A stretch of 63,970 bases of DNA, filler included, from Circinaria calcarea (Eukaryota), in assembly GCA_051942165.1 (NCBI GenBank). It is 6 parts of 6 records of this genome, joined end to end, with 100 filler letters (N's around TTAATTAATTAA, not from the genome) between each part and the next. Parts side by side here need not be neighbours in the genome. Positions count along the whole stretch, not along the records: positions 21,710 to 32,458 come from JAVECS010000766.1; positions 32,559 to 43,306 come from JAVECS010000767.1; 4 more parts are not named here. One strand, 5' to 3'. Shown piece after piece: positions 26,009 through 39,000 of this stretch (positions within the stretch are counted from its first letter, which is position 1; every line of letters begins with the position of its first letter). The notes under the pieces are model-generated. The model searched no databases and was not told the origin of the DNA. It worked only from the letters and a program-made list of their open reading frames with translations. The position numbers and the translations under genes were made by a program.

Positions 26009-27843
26009 CTATACGTATTCCATGGTGGCTGGTTCATACCTCTTCCCCTTGTATACCGGTGTGTACTTTGTTTTTGCCGCATAGCAGGTCATCTCGATCT
26101 CAAAGTCGACATTATAGTACCATCGATCGTCCTCTCCGAGTCTCTTCTCCAGGCTTGCCTTTGGAATACCTCTGAGGTCTGCTTTAACTTGCCCCAGTTC
26201 CATGACATCTGGAAAACTCGTCAGCTTGAGTCACTACGGAGGGGTCTGTGCTGGATGTTCATCCCACACCTGGAGTTTTGTATTGGGGAGCGCCGGAGTT
26301 GAGCGGATCTGTGTAGCAGTATATCGTTACCAGAACTTCGGTAGGCGGACCCTCTGATTCCCTCTGGTTAATAGAGAAACCGAAGGATACCGGCATGGAT
26401 TCCGTCACGACATCACCCTGTTCGGAGTTGATCAGCACACTGCGACGTACCATTCGTAAGTCGTCCATGGTAGAGGTGGCGCGCTACCTTTTTCAAAAAC
26501 CATTTCATACACGGGACACTGTATCCACCAGTAAGGTGATTCAGTTGCCTATAGACTGCTTAGCGCCTGCAAGCATTTCTTTGCAACCACAAGCAAGGAC
26601 ACACACTTCCTCTTGCTGCTATGTTTGCCTTCGATGAACTCTGTCAAGCATTCCGTTCCATAGTACTTGCGCGCCAGCCTGGAGTCCACCCTTACATTTG
26701 GGAGCCTAGCTCTGGCCCCTTTTACCTCCGCCAAGCCTTTTATCAAGGCTCCTCTGACCACTGCCGTTCGACTGTCATGTCGCTATTTAGCATGCCAACG
26801 CTCTCTGCTCTGTGGACAGGTTAGATTTGGTTGCATACCTGTTCATGGCCATCTTTACGATGTCTTTCCCAAATTCTTCTCGAAGCCTATTCCGCAAGTA
26901 GGGACTACTGCCAAGACCACCCACGAGAAGAATAAGTTTGACTTTTCTCTGTGTTTCGTTGATCTGCTTCCTCACGAGTGTGATGATTTGGCTGACGACA
27001 GGTTTGAAGATGTCCCTGAGATCAGACTTTGAGACCATGAGTCGGCCCTTGATGATTCCAGGACGCGGCTTTAGGCCGTGGACCGGGATGTAGTCCCCTT
27101 GGTCCCCGTGGAAAGAGCTCTTTGTTTGCGTCTCGAAATGCTCCATTGCTGTGGCCAAGATGTCACTATCCGACTCCCATTCGTAATCCCCTTTGAATTT
27201 GTTGTTCAGGTATTCGGAAAAGATACGGTTAAGGAAAGTACTTCCGCAAAGGTCACCAGTTCCAGGTGCAGCTTCATTGAGTTGAAGAACAGGATCCTTG
27301 GACGAAACTGTGTAGGAGATCAAGTCGACTGTCCTAAAAACCATCACCAGTCAGTCCAGCACATCGCACTTGGGTACTAGGACATTGGCATACCCTCCCC
27401 CTGCATCGCACACCACGAAAGTATCTCCGACTTCAAGTCCGCAGTTCATAGCGCTTAGGGCGTACATGGCCGCCGCTTCCGGTTCCGAGATAATATGGAG
27501 ACTGTTTCGGGACCCCATGCCGGCTTCGGCTGCACAAGAACGTGTCAGATCTTTCGCCATGTCTGACCACACAGCCGGGACGGTGATAATGTATTCCCTT
27601 GGTGTGCTCTTTAGAACTCCTCTTGTAAAAGTCTGCTCTAAGGTATACTCTGCATGCTGATGAAGCGCAGTAAGGTAGTCGGTAGTCAGCTTCTCAGAAG
27701 AAGGGGCGGATCGGGGCGGTAGCTGGGTAGGGCTCGGATATTTGATTGCAAGCTTAGATTCTCTCATCGAACTGGGGTCGAGACCGAGTTTGAACCATTC
27801 ATGCCGGAAGTCCGATCCTTCGATCTGGTAGCCAAACCTATAC
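26009..27843 (-). CDS. Atypical fungal Hsp70-like (HSPA12-type actin-like ATPase), apparently lacking its N-terminus; possible pseudogene
   Basis: FGYQI...EWFKLGLD...YIITVPAVWSD...IISEPEAAAMYAL...VVCDAGGG|TVDLISY...GDLCGSTFLN...LLVGGLGSSPYL...AVVRGA; no upstream DFGTT phosphate-1 motif found. Confidence 0.8.
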
Positions 27844-30800
27844 TATCCTGAGCTGTCAGTCTGAAACTCTCTCCTCATAGACCCCTTTACTTACCAAACA
27901 GTTTAACTCTTCAAGTCAAGGTCCATCTCTCGATGAATCTCGAAAATCTCCTCCAATCTGGATGGCTGAAACATCGATGAAAATATCGTCGGCAATAATA
28001 CCTCGACCAAGTACCGCATTAGATGTGGATCCCGCAATACTCTTGCCGCCGCTTGTACTTAGCTTCGCTACATATCGAAAGTCAATATCTAAGCCCTCTT
28101 TACAACCTTCCTATGAATAACAAGATGGGTGATGACTTAGGGGCATTAGGACCTACTTCTTCGAAATAGTTTTCCACTTCCACCAGATTCCAGACGACAG
28201 AGCCGTTCATGCTATGGGTGTGTTTAATAGTTCCAAGCTTCAAGTCGCCCGATACATAGCATGCATTGTCTTGTTGTCGGGGATTTATTCCCTACTAGGA
28301 GCAGTCGAGTAGGGCGAGAAAATAATTTGGTTGATCATCACGGTTGTACAACCAGGTCGTACACTGGAACACGTCCAGGTAAGTAACGCCATCTAGCTTT
28401 GACTACCTTCTGACGTAGGAGTTTGTGTTCGACTCAAGATTGAATATGCGATATATACCAAACGATCTCTGAGCAATACTAGGATAGCGCCTTTCCTTCT
28501 AAGCGAGAGTTATTACACAAGAGAGACATAATATAGATTAAAGCCCAGTTTTAATAGGATGAATATACGTCCTAAAAGCATATTTTATGTGCTTATTTCG
28601 TTTTCTGTTTAACACCTCGTTAATTATCTCGCCTTTAATGGTTGGGTGAAGTTAACCTTACATCAGAGCAGGGCTAGTACCAAAAGGTCTGACTTAACCC
28701 TGAGGGTCAACGGGACTAACTTCACACTGGTACAATAAGAATAGAGGTAAGCTGAAGCTTGGTAATGATATACCATTAGCGAAGCGTACAAAGACTTAGA
28801 GTTCTTCAACGGCAACAGGATGTATGACCTCGCCATCACTCACACTATAAGGATTTTATGTGACGGCAAAGGCAGGCCTTACTAATCTTTATATAATCGA
28901 AAAGAATGACTATGGACAGATTGGGCATGAAGCGGTCATATAGATAATCAGAAACAATTGCAAATTAAAGGTTTGAGTTTGCTTATTGTTTTTAATCACG
29001 ATAACCAATTCGACAATTAAAGGATGCATAAGACTGAGATGAAACACAGTGGTAATCACACGACCAACAGGGGTACTGGCAGAGTCAAGTTGCGATGGTA
29101 GTGAGTATCTCTATACAATGCAGGTAATGCATAATGGTACGACGGTAGAAGCAAGACGAGAACAATACATAAACCGTTATAGGAACCAGAATATTATGAA
29201 GAGTTAAGATACCAAGTACAAGTTAGGGACAGCTCGGGATACTCAATCTCTCTAGGTACGCCTGGAGAGTTGTATCAAGTGGGAAAGGAGACTTACTATG
29301 TTTGCTGTCCAATGTAGGAAAACATGGGGTCGAAAAGACAAAGGAGCAAACAAATAAGAGGTGGACTAAGCTTACTCATATAGAATAAGTTGTTTGTGTG
29401 ATACAGGATGATAAAAGTATAAATAGGACGGAGCGACTCGAAGTGAAGTTAGAACTTCGAGATCTTTTTGGTTTTTATATATTAAAGAAGAACCGAGAAG
29501 CCTGGATAAGGATTGCTCTTTTAATTCGCAGGATGACAGGCAGTGAAGCTTTTGTGAAGAGAAAAATTCACCAGGCAAGACAGGCGTGGCTAGGCCAGGA
29601 TATTTGACGAGGGTATGCGCCTGACTAACCCCAGTATACTTTGGGAAACCGCAGATCCGTGACATGGTCGGGGCAGAGATGTCTAAGAGTGCTCCAGGCT
29701 TCTCTCATGGCGAGTCTCAGTAGCTATAGGATCTCATTTGAGTCTGCTCTAAGAATGAGGTTTTTCTTGCAGACTGCACAAGATGTTCGGCTATGTCTCC
29801 AGCGGCATCCATCGCACTCCCATCGCACTCCCATCGAGCTCGCTCAGAACCTGGCTCTACCTTTGCTCGGTTATGGTAGTCTAACGAGGAGTTCATGGTG
29901 TGTATGCTTGGCAAGCTATGGTAAGGTCGGAATAATAGATAGGGGAGGCTTAAAAGACATGGGCTCTGTTATCTCCCGGAATGACTGCAGCAACCATTGT
30001 AACCCTTGCCACCACCGACCATGGTAGCGGAGAATTCTTATCAAACCCTTTGTAACTCTGCAACGCTTTGGCCTAGGGCGTAGAGCGCATACAACAATCG
30101 GGTGAATCAGAGTATTCCAACGATGGTGGCTTGTATGAACATCCAGCCAAAGGTGCGAGAACTGGACGTGCATGACCAGTTCTCCAAACCCCCATTTCCT
30201 CACAGGTAGAGTACATATCATGGAGTAAACTCAGGCAACGTGGAGCTCTCGGGCTAGTGTGCCGGGATTGCATACAAACGGTATCAGATCTATAGTCGCG
30301 CCAATGACAACACGCGCTTATCGTAGCCATCGTCAATGGAGGAGGCGGAGAAGATCCCGATCATAGTCGCTTTGGGCCAAGGTCAACAACTGGCTGACGT
30401 TCCGCTGTGCTCGGAGCCTCTGACAGACTCTGGTACCTTTGCCACTCTGGGCGCCGTCGCCAGCCTCCCTTATCGAAGTTGCTTCCGCCCCCTCCTGTTG
30501 TCGAAGCGAGCCAATGACTGATTGCACCCCTTTCCCGTTCCCGTCGCCCAACGGGTAGACTTCGCTCGATCTGAAGAAAACCAGACGGGACTTGATGTCG
30601 GAGGATTGATGAAACAACGTCTCCGTGTTAACCCTCCGATGGGGGAGGCACACTGTACATGCCATATCGCCGAAGCGAGAACGGCTCATCTACTCGATAA
30701 CAAACCTTCTAACACCGGGCCTCCCTTGGACACAGTCAACATCATCTTAGGCCCAAGCGACGAGCTCTAGGTCCCCTCTCCAACATTGAAATCTTCCCCG

Positions 30801-31163
30801 CTTGCTCCTATTGCAAGGTGAAAAGGTTGTCATACAGTACTAAGAGACGGTTACTCTTCTCGCCAAGCGGCATGGCTTACGGACAGTTCGATCTTACCGA
30901 GCCTCTGTTGACCAAGGCAAACCCTACGGAGTTACAATAGCACGGGCTCAAACGAGTATGCCGTGCCCGATCCTTCATACCAACCTCGGCCGTGTGAAGC
31001 CACACTTTCTCAATTCATTCCATCATGGTTGTGTGTATATGATCATGGCTTTTCCTCAGCAGTCGAGCTATTTCCTTGTCTTCAGTACATACTTCAGTAC
31101 CTATACGCATTTCCTCTATCTCAGCATCCAATAGCTTGTATCTATCTCCCAATTATCTTCATT

Positions 31164-31973
31164 ATGCTTTTTCGATTCTCCCTCTCCCTGCTTGGCCTGG
31201 CTGGCATCGTTGCTGCATCTAAACCCGGTCTTCTCTTTGGCCGTGATACCTACTCTGGCGTTGCAACATTCAACAATTACGCTGCTCAGGGAAATACCGT
31301 CTGCGGTCCCAAGTCTGGTATATATCTCCCTCCCCGTCTGTGCTTCTTCCACCAATACCTTCGCTCTGTTCTCCGCCCTTCAAACATTCTCTCCCCCAAG
31401 CATTCTCCCCTCCAAGCATTCTCCCCTCCCAAAATTCTCCCTCCCAATCCCGTTGGCTCCATTATCATCACCAACTAACCACTTTCACCCAAGGCATCGC
31501 CGGAACCTACGGCGCCGCTGCCAGTACAGTCTCCCAATCCATATCCGGAGGTGCCTGTTTCGCCGGTATCGACCGCAGCCAATGCGTAGGCCAATCTCCC
31601 CGCCCCAACTATGTCGGTCCCGGCTGCCCAACCTCCAACTGCGGTTTCTGCTACCGTGTCACCAACACAGGCGGTTACGGCGGTGCCGGTGTTGGCGGAG
31701 TAGGAAACAGCATCGTTGTGCAAATCATCGACAGCTGCCCTGCGGAGAGCGCGTTCAACTACTGTAAGACCAGTGTTCCGGCAGATCAGAGGTGCGGGGC
31801 TGGAAATGGGTTAGATATTGATGAGAGCGCATATAGAGCGTTGACGGGCAGGGGGTTTGCCGGGGTAAGTCTTTGATGAGGCTGTTTTGCTTTTCTTTGA
31901 GAAAGAGTACTAACTTTTGTTCTAGGGCGTACCAAACTTGTATATCAGCATTACGCCGGTTAGGTGTCCATAG
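31164..31973 (+). CDS. Small secreted Cys-rich double-psi beta-barrel protein (barwin/expansin/GH45-like; 3 exons)
   Basis: Signal peptide MLFRFSLSLLGLAGIVAA; GVATFNNY...VCG...GAAAS...CGFCYRVTN...SIVVQIIDSCP...LDIDESAYRAL; introns ~31318-31493 and ~31865-31925. Confidence 0.85.
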
Positions 31974-32458
31974 GTGAGGGGTCATCGAAGTGTAACGGCA
32001 CCTAACGGGCAGAGGCCAACTCCTGCGATAACGTATTCGTTGTTCCCTGCCTACTTAGCCTTGCATGATTGTATATAGGCAGTCAAGACATACTTGTTAC
32101 TTTTATTCAATTCGATCCAAGCCATAGCCTCTTAACGAACCAAAGGACTTCACTTCCGGCTACGCAAACGGCTCTGCCGAACCTACTTCAGAGTGATTCG
32201 AAAGAAACACAAAGAAAGGAGGCTTTCAAACACGACGGGATGGATGTCACAGCTATCAAACCTACCTCAAATTCTTTGATTCTCCTGTTTCACATCTGGC
32301 CTTTAAGCATCGAGCCTACTTTGTCTCCTTTCCTCTCCTTTGCCCTTGTCTATATCCCCTCCACCCCTTCCACCTTCAGTTCTCTCCCTCTCCCTTTCAT
32401 CCTTTTGGCCATCTACGTAATCTCTCGTTCCGTTCAAGCAGGCCTCCCCCCCTCCCTC

Positions 32459-32558
32459 NNNNNNNNNNNNNNNNNNNNNNNNNNNNNNNNNNNNNNNNNN
32501 NNTTAATTAATTAANNNNNNNNNNNNNNNNNNNNNNNNNNNNNNNNNNNNNNNNNNNN
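32459..32558. other. Artificial contig linker
   Basis: N44-TTAATTAATTAA-N44. Confidence 0.98.
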
Positions 32559-35016
32559 AAGATCCTCTTGAGCAGCCGAGCCGAAGCGGATATTGCGGGC
32601 TTACTCAAAGATCAAGAATTTATTCGTGTGGATAATCGAAACTCTGGAAGCATTCAGACGTTCGTGACGCAGCGCACTGAAGAGTGGTTTAGTCAATACA
32701 ACTTTTTGCCAGAAGCTCAAGCTGAGATCCGGGGGTTTTTAGCGCCACTCGCTTCAAATGCAAAAGGTATGCCTTTGTTCTCTAATCCAGAATCACAGAC
32801 AGGCACTAATTGTCCAAGGCATGTTCCTCTACGCCGAAGTGGTTTTAAGTAGTATGGACTACTTGGATGATATCGAAAAGATACGGGAGGACTTCAGCGT
32901 CCTCCCAAAGAGTTTAGATGACGCGTAAGGCCTTAATTGCCTCCTCGAGATCCGAATGTGCTCTTATGTGTGTCAAATTTACTTCAGAATCCTCAATCGA
33001 ATCAACCAGTTGCGTCCTTCAGAAAAGGATAGAGTTCGAAAGATTCTTGGCTGGGTCGGATGCGCACCGATGCCTCTGACGCGTCAGGAGATTGAGCAGG
33101 CTCTAGTTGTCAGCGGTGAGGGTAACAAGGAAAATACGAAGGTGATTGCTGTCCTCGACATACCCAGGATTTGCGGCCCAATTATCGAACGGGTCGACGA
33201 CTATATACAGTTCGTCCACTTCACTGTGAAGGAGTAAGTTCTAGAATAAGCCTTGATAAACGAGCCGCTAAATCTGAATTCATACAGATATTTTTTCAGT
33301 TCAAGTATTACTGGGTCCTTGAGTGTTGCAGAAGCGAAATTAGGCCTCGCGGTGTGTTGCGTCACGTATCTTTGCCAAATGCACCACGATCCTGACCTGC
33401 TGGATGAAGAAATCGACGGCAATATCCTCTCCGGAGCATACCGACTTCATGACTTAGCAGCAACCACATGGTTCGAACTTGTCGAGCTTTCTGTCCCCTT
33501 ACTCAAACAAGAAACCACTCTATCTCCCAAATTCATTGACGCTCTTGAAACGCTTAGGTGCGGAAGAACTAGTGGAACGTATGATAAAGGCGCCGAGACG
33601 TTTACTGCGTCAAGTCTGGAACCTTTCAAATCGATTTCCCCCACTTTGCACGATATGCTCCGCGAAGTGGCTTACTTTCGTCGGGCATCTTTGAAAAGTA
33701 ACTTCGATGAGGACAATGGTATGATGATAGATCGATGCCTCTTGCCTTATCATTCGATTTAACTAATCTCCATAGATTCCTCATGGACAAGCCTCGATCC
33801 TCTGACAATATCAGCCACCTCTGTCCGTATCCATCAGCGATTAAGAAATCTATTGTGTCGAAACAACAAACATCAGGATTGCCAATGCGAGATCATCCGA
33901 TGGCACTACGGTCAACGGCCCTTCAAGTGTGGTTTCCTAAACTGCTCATTTCGCCGCCATGGGTTTGAATCGAGGCCACTCCAAAAGTCACACATGAAAC
34001 ATCACGATCGACCCTGGAACTGCCATTTTGAGGACTGTGAATACACAGAGGGAGGCTTTCTCTCACGAAAGATGCGAGATGATCATTACCGGGATCACAT
34101 AACAACTAACCCCCAAGGGACAGCTTATTCGGAGAATGTAGAGGCGGACGAAATCCAACCGCTTCTTTTCGACTTGATCAAGGCCGACAAAGTGGACGCT
34201 GTCAGGAATCTCATGGACCAGTTCAAGGCTCTACCCGCAGAGATCCAAGAGGCACTTCAAGAATGTGCGGCTTCTGTTGGGTCAGCTGCAATGATTGATT
34301 TGATCCAGCCATTCGATAAATCTTTTCCGATTGATCTTTTGAAGATTTCCATACGAGCTGCAAATGTTGATCTCTTCAAGCACTTATTGTCGCGGAGTAA
34401 AAAATGTGAATTTGTAGATAATAATGGTGGTAAATATGATCATGATCCTAAATATTGGACGGTATTCAAGGAAGTTTTAGAGTCCGATTCTGAGGAAATT
34501 TTCGAAGAATGGGTAAAGTATGCCAATGTCGAAACTAAAGAATCTGAACAGAGAGGATCGCTCCCTTTTAGGGCACAGTACATAAAACCATCTATATTCA
34601 GGGCTACTGCTGGACATCCCAGCAGGGAAAACTTGCTGATTACTACCTGGGAAGAGCTTGGTGTTTCGGAATTACTCGGTCGTCCAACTCTTGGGAGAGC
34701 ACTTGCGGATGTGGTGTCAACGACGTATTCGGTCAAGCTTGCGAAATATCTCATTGACCATAAGGCAAAGGTGGATTTCAGACGCAGCGACTTGTACTTA
34801 ACACCGCTTCATTATGCTGCGCGGCAAAATTCAGCAGCGGCCGCGGAGATGATGAGGTATCTCCTCCTCCAGGGAGCAAATCCCGAGCTCAAGGGCGGAC
34901 GCGCGCGTTTGAGGATTTGTGAAGAGAAGGGTGCGAAGGGAATCGCAAAGTGGTTGGGAATGTCCTGGGATGAGCTCGTTGCAAAAACCAAAGAGGAAAG
35001 GGAGAAGATAGCATAA
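32559..35016 (+). CDS. NLR-like protein: NACHT C-terminal/winged-helix region, two C2H2 zinc fingers and C-terminal ankyrin repeats (5' truncated by contig start)
   Basis: ILLSSRAEADI...LASNAK|GMFLYAEVVL...LPKSLDDA...ILGWVGCAPMPLTRQEIEQAL...RICGPIIE...FVHFTVKE|YF; FKCGFLNC...HMKHH and WNCHFEDC...HYRDH fingers; LTPLHYAARQNSAAAAEMMRYLLLQGANP. Confidence 0.85.
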
Positions 35017-35180
35017 GAGACAGCGAAAAGCATTCATTGATATCAAATACATAGAAGAAAATCATTGTATGATGGCCCCCATAGTCGCTTATTGGATGTT
35101 TCACGTAGCACTCAAGGATAAGAACTTTTATTCGAATCAGAAATGTTTCTAAATAGTCTAAGTCTTGATAATCAACTTTG

Positions 35181-38100
35181 TTACTTCAAGAATAACTTGA
35201 GTTTCTAATTGGGTTGTTAATCTCACCAATTTCATAATGGAACGAGGACGACTAACCTCATACTGACGATTTTCAATGTCATCTTGAGATAAATGCTCCG
35301 AGTCTATCGACTGGTTGATAAATTGCAATTTTTCGTCTTGGATTCTCTGGATGTACTGGACAGAATCAGTATGTTAATTTTTATTAAATAGGTCGTACTC
35401 TGATCTACCCTTTCAATAGAGTTGAGCATGATATATCTAGTGATCACGACTTCGCGTTTTTGTCCTATTCTGTGCACCCGGTCTACAGCCTGCGCCTCTA
35501 CCATTGGATTCCACTGGGGTTCGATCAGGTGTACGTGGTTGGCGACAGTGAGGTCAACCCTAACACAGTCACGTTGTGTAAGCTCTGGCGGAACATTATG
35601 AGTGTGCAAGTGGTCAACACACCCTTCCCCGGCGCTGCCAATACTGGCAAGCATGATAGTATAGCGTGGATCATCATTGAACAGTTCCAAGGCCTTGCTC
35701 CTGTTTTCAAGGCTTGTCTTGCCGTCAATCCGTTGGAATCGGAAGCCGTGTTCCTGGAGTGCTTGTTGGATCAAGTCAAGCATTTTGATCCAGCAGCTGA
35801 AAATGACGCTAGTAATGATCAGCCAGGCACGAGAATAGCATTCTAAATAGAATCGGGATTGGAGACCTCTTAACGGGCTCTGGGGGCCTCTGATTTGTTT
35901 CAACTGCCTGTTCAGTGTGAAGGTTCCGTAACAGTGCCTCAATCTTTGCTGAAGGAGATAAGCCGGTTTCTGGAGGGCTGAGAAAGCTTGAATCCTCCCC
36001 AGAATTTGGCGATATTGCACATTTCGGGCATAAACCCTCCTCTCTGGATGTGCTCTCACTTTGCAGAGCACAGATCGTACAAATCCAGTGGCGACAGCGA
36101 GGTTCATTGCCATTAGAAGCAACGAATTCTGCATCTTCAATATCTGTTTCGCAGATGCAACACCTCCTTCGGCATTTTTGCATTATTTGCCAGTTGATTA
36201 ACGTGCTATTCCGTGCTTTCCAGGCATCCAAAGCTGGTTGAGGTAGGAGCTGTAATCCATGATCACAAATGAGCCGTAAGAAATTGATCAGGGAAAGTAT
36301 ATTGCCGTGTTCGAGTTTGCCCACTTCCTGGAAACTCTGCTTCGTTGATATACCTTCAGCCATTTTTGCGCATTTTTCTTTAAAGAAGGTGTACAGATCT
36401 TGATCTGTTTCGTGAAATTCAATACTTTCGATTCTCTCTGTCCGCCTTGGCAGCTTACACAAATCCCCGAGCGTCCTCTTCGTGCGTCGGAGACAGGTAG
36501 CTCTAATGAGGTCTTTGAGTCTCCGCAAGCCATCTGCCCTCTGGTTTTCGAGAGGGTTAGCGATCCAGAAATCAAATTTAGACTTGTTCTTGAATGGGGG
36601 AATGGCGAGAAAACTTAACAGTGCGCCGTAGTCATCCAGAGAATTTTGTATGGGTGTTCCTGTCAAACACCAACGACAATGTGAAAGGACTGCGCAAGCG
36701 GCTTTGAAAGCCTGAGAACACCGATTCCGAATATGATGTGCTAATATTCCAGTTAGTAATGAGCTACAGCAGCCTTTCATGGAGGCTCTGTTACTGACCT
36801 TCATCTAGAACGAGACGATACCATTTAGCCGAATATAGCGGACCCTTATCCGACCAGTCAGACCTGAGTGTTTCATAGGTTGTTAAGATGAGATCATTGT
36901 TATTGAGAATAGAAGACGAGCGACTAGACCCCAGATACTTATCGACCCGCAAGTTATTAGGATGAATATGGCTAACAATTGATCAGATCGTTAAACCTTC
37001 CTGTTGTTCGGGGTTTCGCACCTGTCAATTTGTCGAATCCAATTGGGTATTGCTCAAATAGTCAATTAGCCAGGAACCTTATAAGACACCAACCAAAGTC
37101 GCACATACTCGATTTAGGTGTAACCACCAAAGTCGCACTAGACATCCCGCTATGTGCTCGGTTTTCCTGCTCATCAAGGGTTGAGCAGATTAGAGCCAAG
37201 AGGCTCAATGTTTTCCCCAATCCCATTTCCTGGTTCAATTGTCAGCAGCGCCTATTCAGCAAAAAGAACCCAAAATTTGACAAACTCACATCAGCAAGAA
37301 CTCCCCCCCGCAGAGGTCTGGGAGATCTCTCATATTGACCAGTAATCCTATGACGGTACCTGCACCACGCTTGTCAGAGTCTTTACAATCCTTTTCATCA
37401 ACGTCATCTCCAACTGACTTATTTGCTGCTCCAGTCAGAGAGTTCATCTCCCAGATCGATGGAAAGGTGGCATTTTCGACAATTCCATACTCTTTCTCGA
37501 TCATCATGGAGAGAGCTGTGAGCTGGTGGCTGCATATTGTCAGTAGTCCATTGTTATCTGGCAACTGGTGCTTACTCTTTTAGGGTCGACCGGAGACGTG
37601 GGCTGGCACTGATTTGCGAAGTGATCCCAAGATTATCTGCGGAGTCGAAGACTCGCAATAGTCTGCTCATCTCCACCTCATCCAGATTTCCAGGGGCTTT
37701 GATGGTGCGGGTGTTGGAGGATATCGACAATTCTGCCAATACTGGCAATTGACATCCAGGACGGACAAGATAGTGAGGATTGCAGTATGTGACGTCTGTA
37801 TCACATTCCGTGGCTGATGGATGTTGAAGGTATAAAGACTCCTTCGAAAGCAGATTACCCACATCACTTCTCTCACTCTTGAGCCCATAGATAACGATGC
37901 GCACAGAGCACTCCTGGCTTGAAAAACGGTTCTTTGTGTTTCTAACCGTGGTTGGCCTAGATTTAGGTGGTGACGTGACCAGAGTTGCGCTGAATCTCAC
38001 GAAGAATTTGTCAAGTAGCTCGCACAGGGCTGGTAGCACTAGAAGACCTGCATATTTGTTTGAGTCTTGGAAATAGAGCTTGAGAATTTCTTTGCATGGT

Positions 38101-39000
38101 GATATATTTACAGGAGCCGAGTAGCTGCCCTGGTCACCAGTGAAGGAGGATAGAGCGTCTGCCACGATCTTCAATCGGTTAGATTGACTTTTCAGGATAA
38201 CGATATGATTTTCTTACAACTCCAAAGCAAGCGTCGTATCGATCCATCTCAGATCCTCTTGGAACACATGCTGGACCTAAACCATCACGTCAGTCATCAC
38301 ATTATATGTCCGACTGAGCGCCTGAATCAAAGCATGTTAATGGCTGACCTGGATAAGTATTTTCGAGGTTAATCTCTGTGCTATCAGGTTCCGAAGCAAT
38401 AATGCTCGAAGGTCGACTTATTGACTCCAATATATCCTGGGATATTGCATCTCCTTCTGAATTAGGTGGGGAGTCGCCAGTAAATTGTAGAGTTATATCA
38501 GAGTGGTTATCCCGAATGCTTGACGCTGTTGAAGCTTCGTGAACGTATTCATCGATCGCTGTTGTATTTGATACCTCCGTTACTGCGCCTTCTTGGATGA
38601 TACCATCAAGAAGGTATTCTATATTGAGCTCCGAGTCTGTTTGGGTAGCAATATTGTAGGGACTTTCGTCCACGAAACTCTCCATGCTAATTCCGAATCC
38701 TGGATTATGTGTCTCTACTTCACCCAAGGCCTCATGTGTGGGATACCCGGGGCGAATGTCAGGCCAATGAGACCCCGAAAGCAACTCGGCGGCATGCTGT
38801 GGATCGACATGTCCAGATAAGTTGGTGGCCGGGTTTAGTTGATGTAGCGTATTCACATATCCATCTAAAACGCCATTCTGGGCTCCCCACGATGATGAAC
38901 TATAGCTAGACGTTGTGGTAGTTCCGTGGTTATGATTATATGCGACAGGCCGGGTGCATCGTCTCTTAGACTCTCGGTAAAAATCATGTGTGTCGTCCAT
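35181..39000 (-). CDS. SNF2-family helicase with inserted RING finger (Rad5/Rad16-like; multi-exon)
   Basis: HQLTAL; GGVLAD|EMGLGKT (motif I); LTTYETL; RLVLDE|AHHIRN (DEAH); WCLTGTPIQN; CLRRTK; C3HC4 RING CCIC...CRHWICTIC...CPKC; SAKIEAL; RIDGK; EPQWNPMVEAQAVDRVHRIGQ; last exon KLKLFLK*. Confidence 0.9.

Noticed and set aside
29641..30770. Collinear ORFs 30336-30521 and 30522-30770 as a stop-readthrough gene
   Set aside because: No domain signal on either side of the TGA; cannot be supported.
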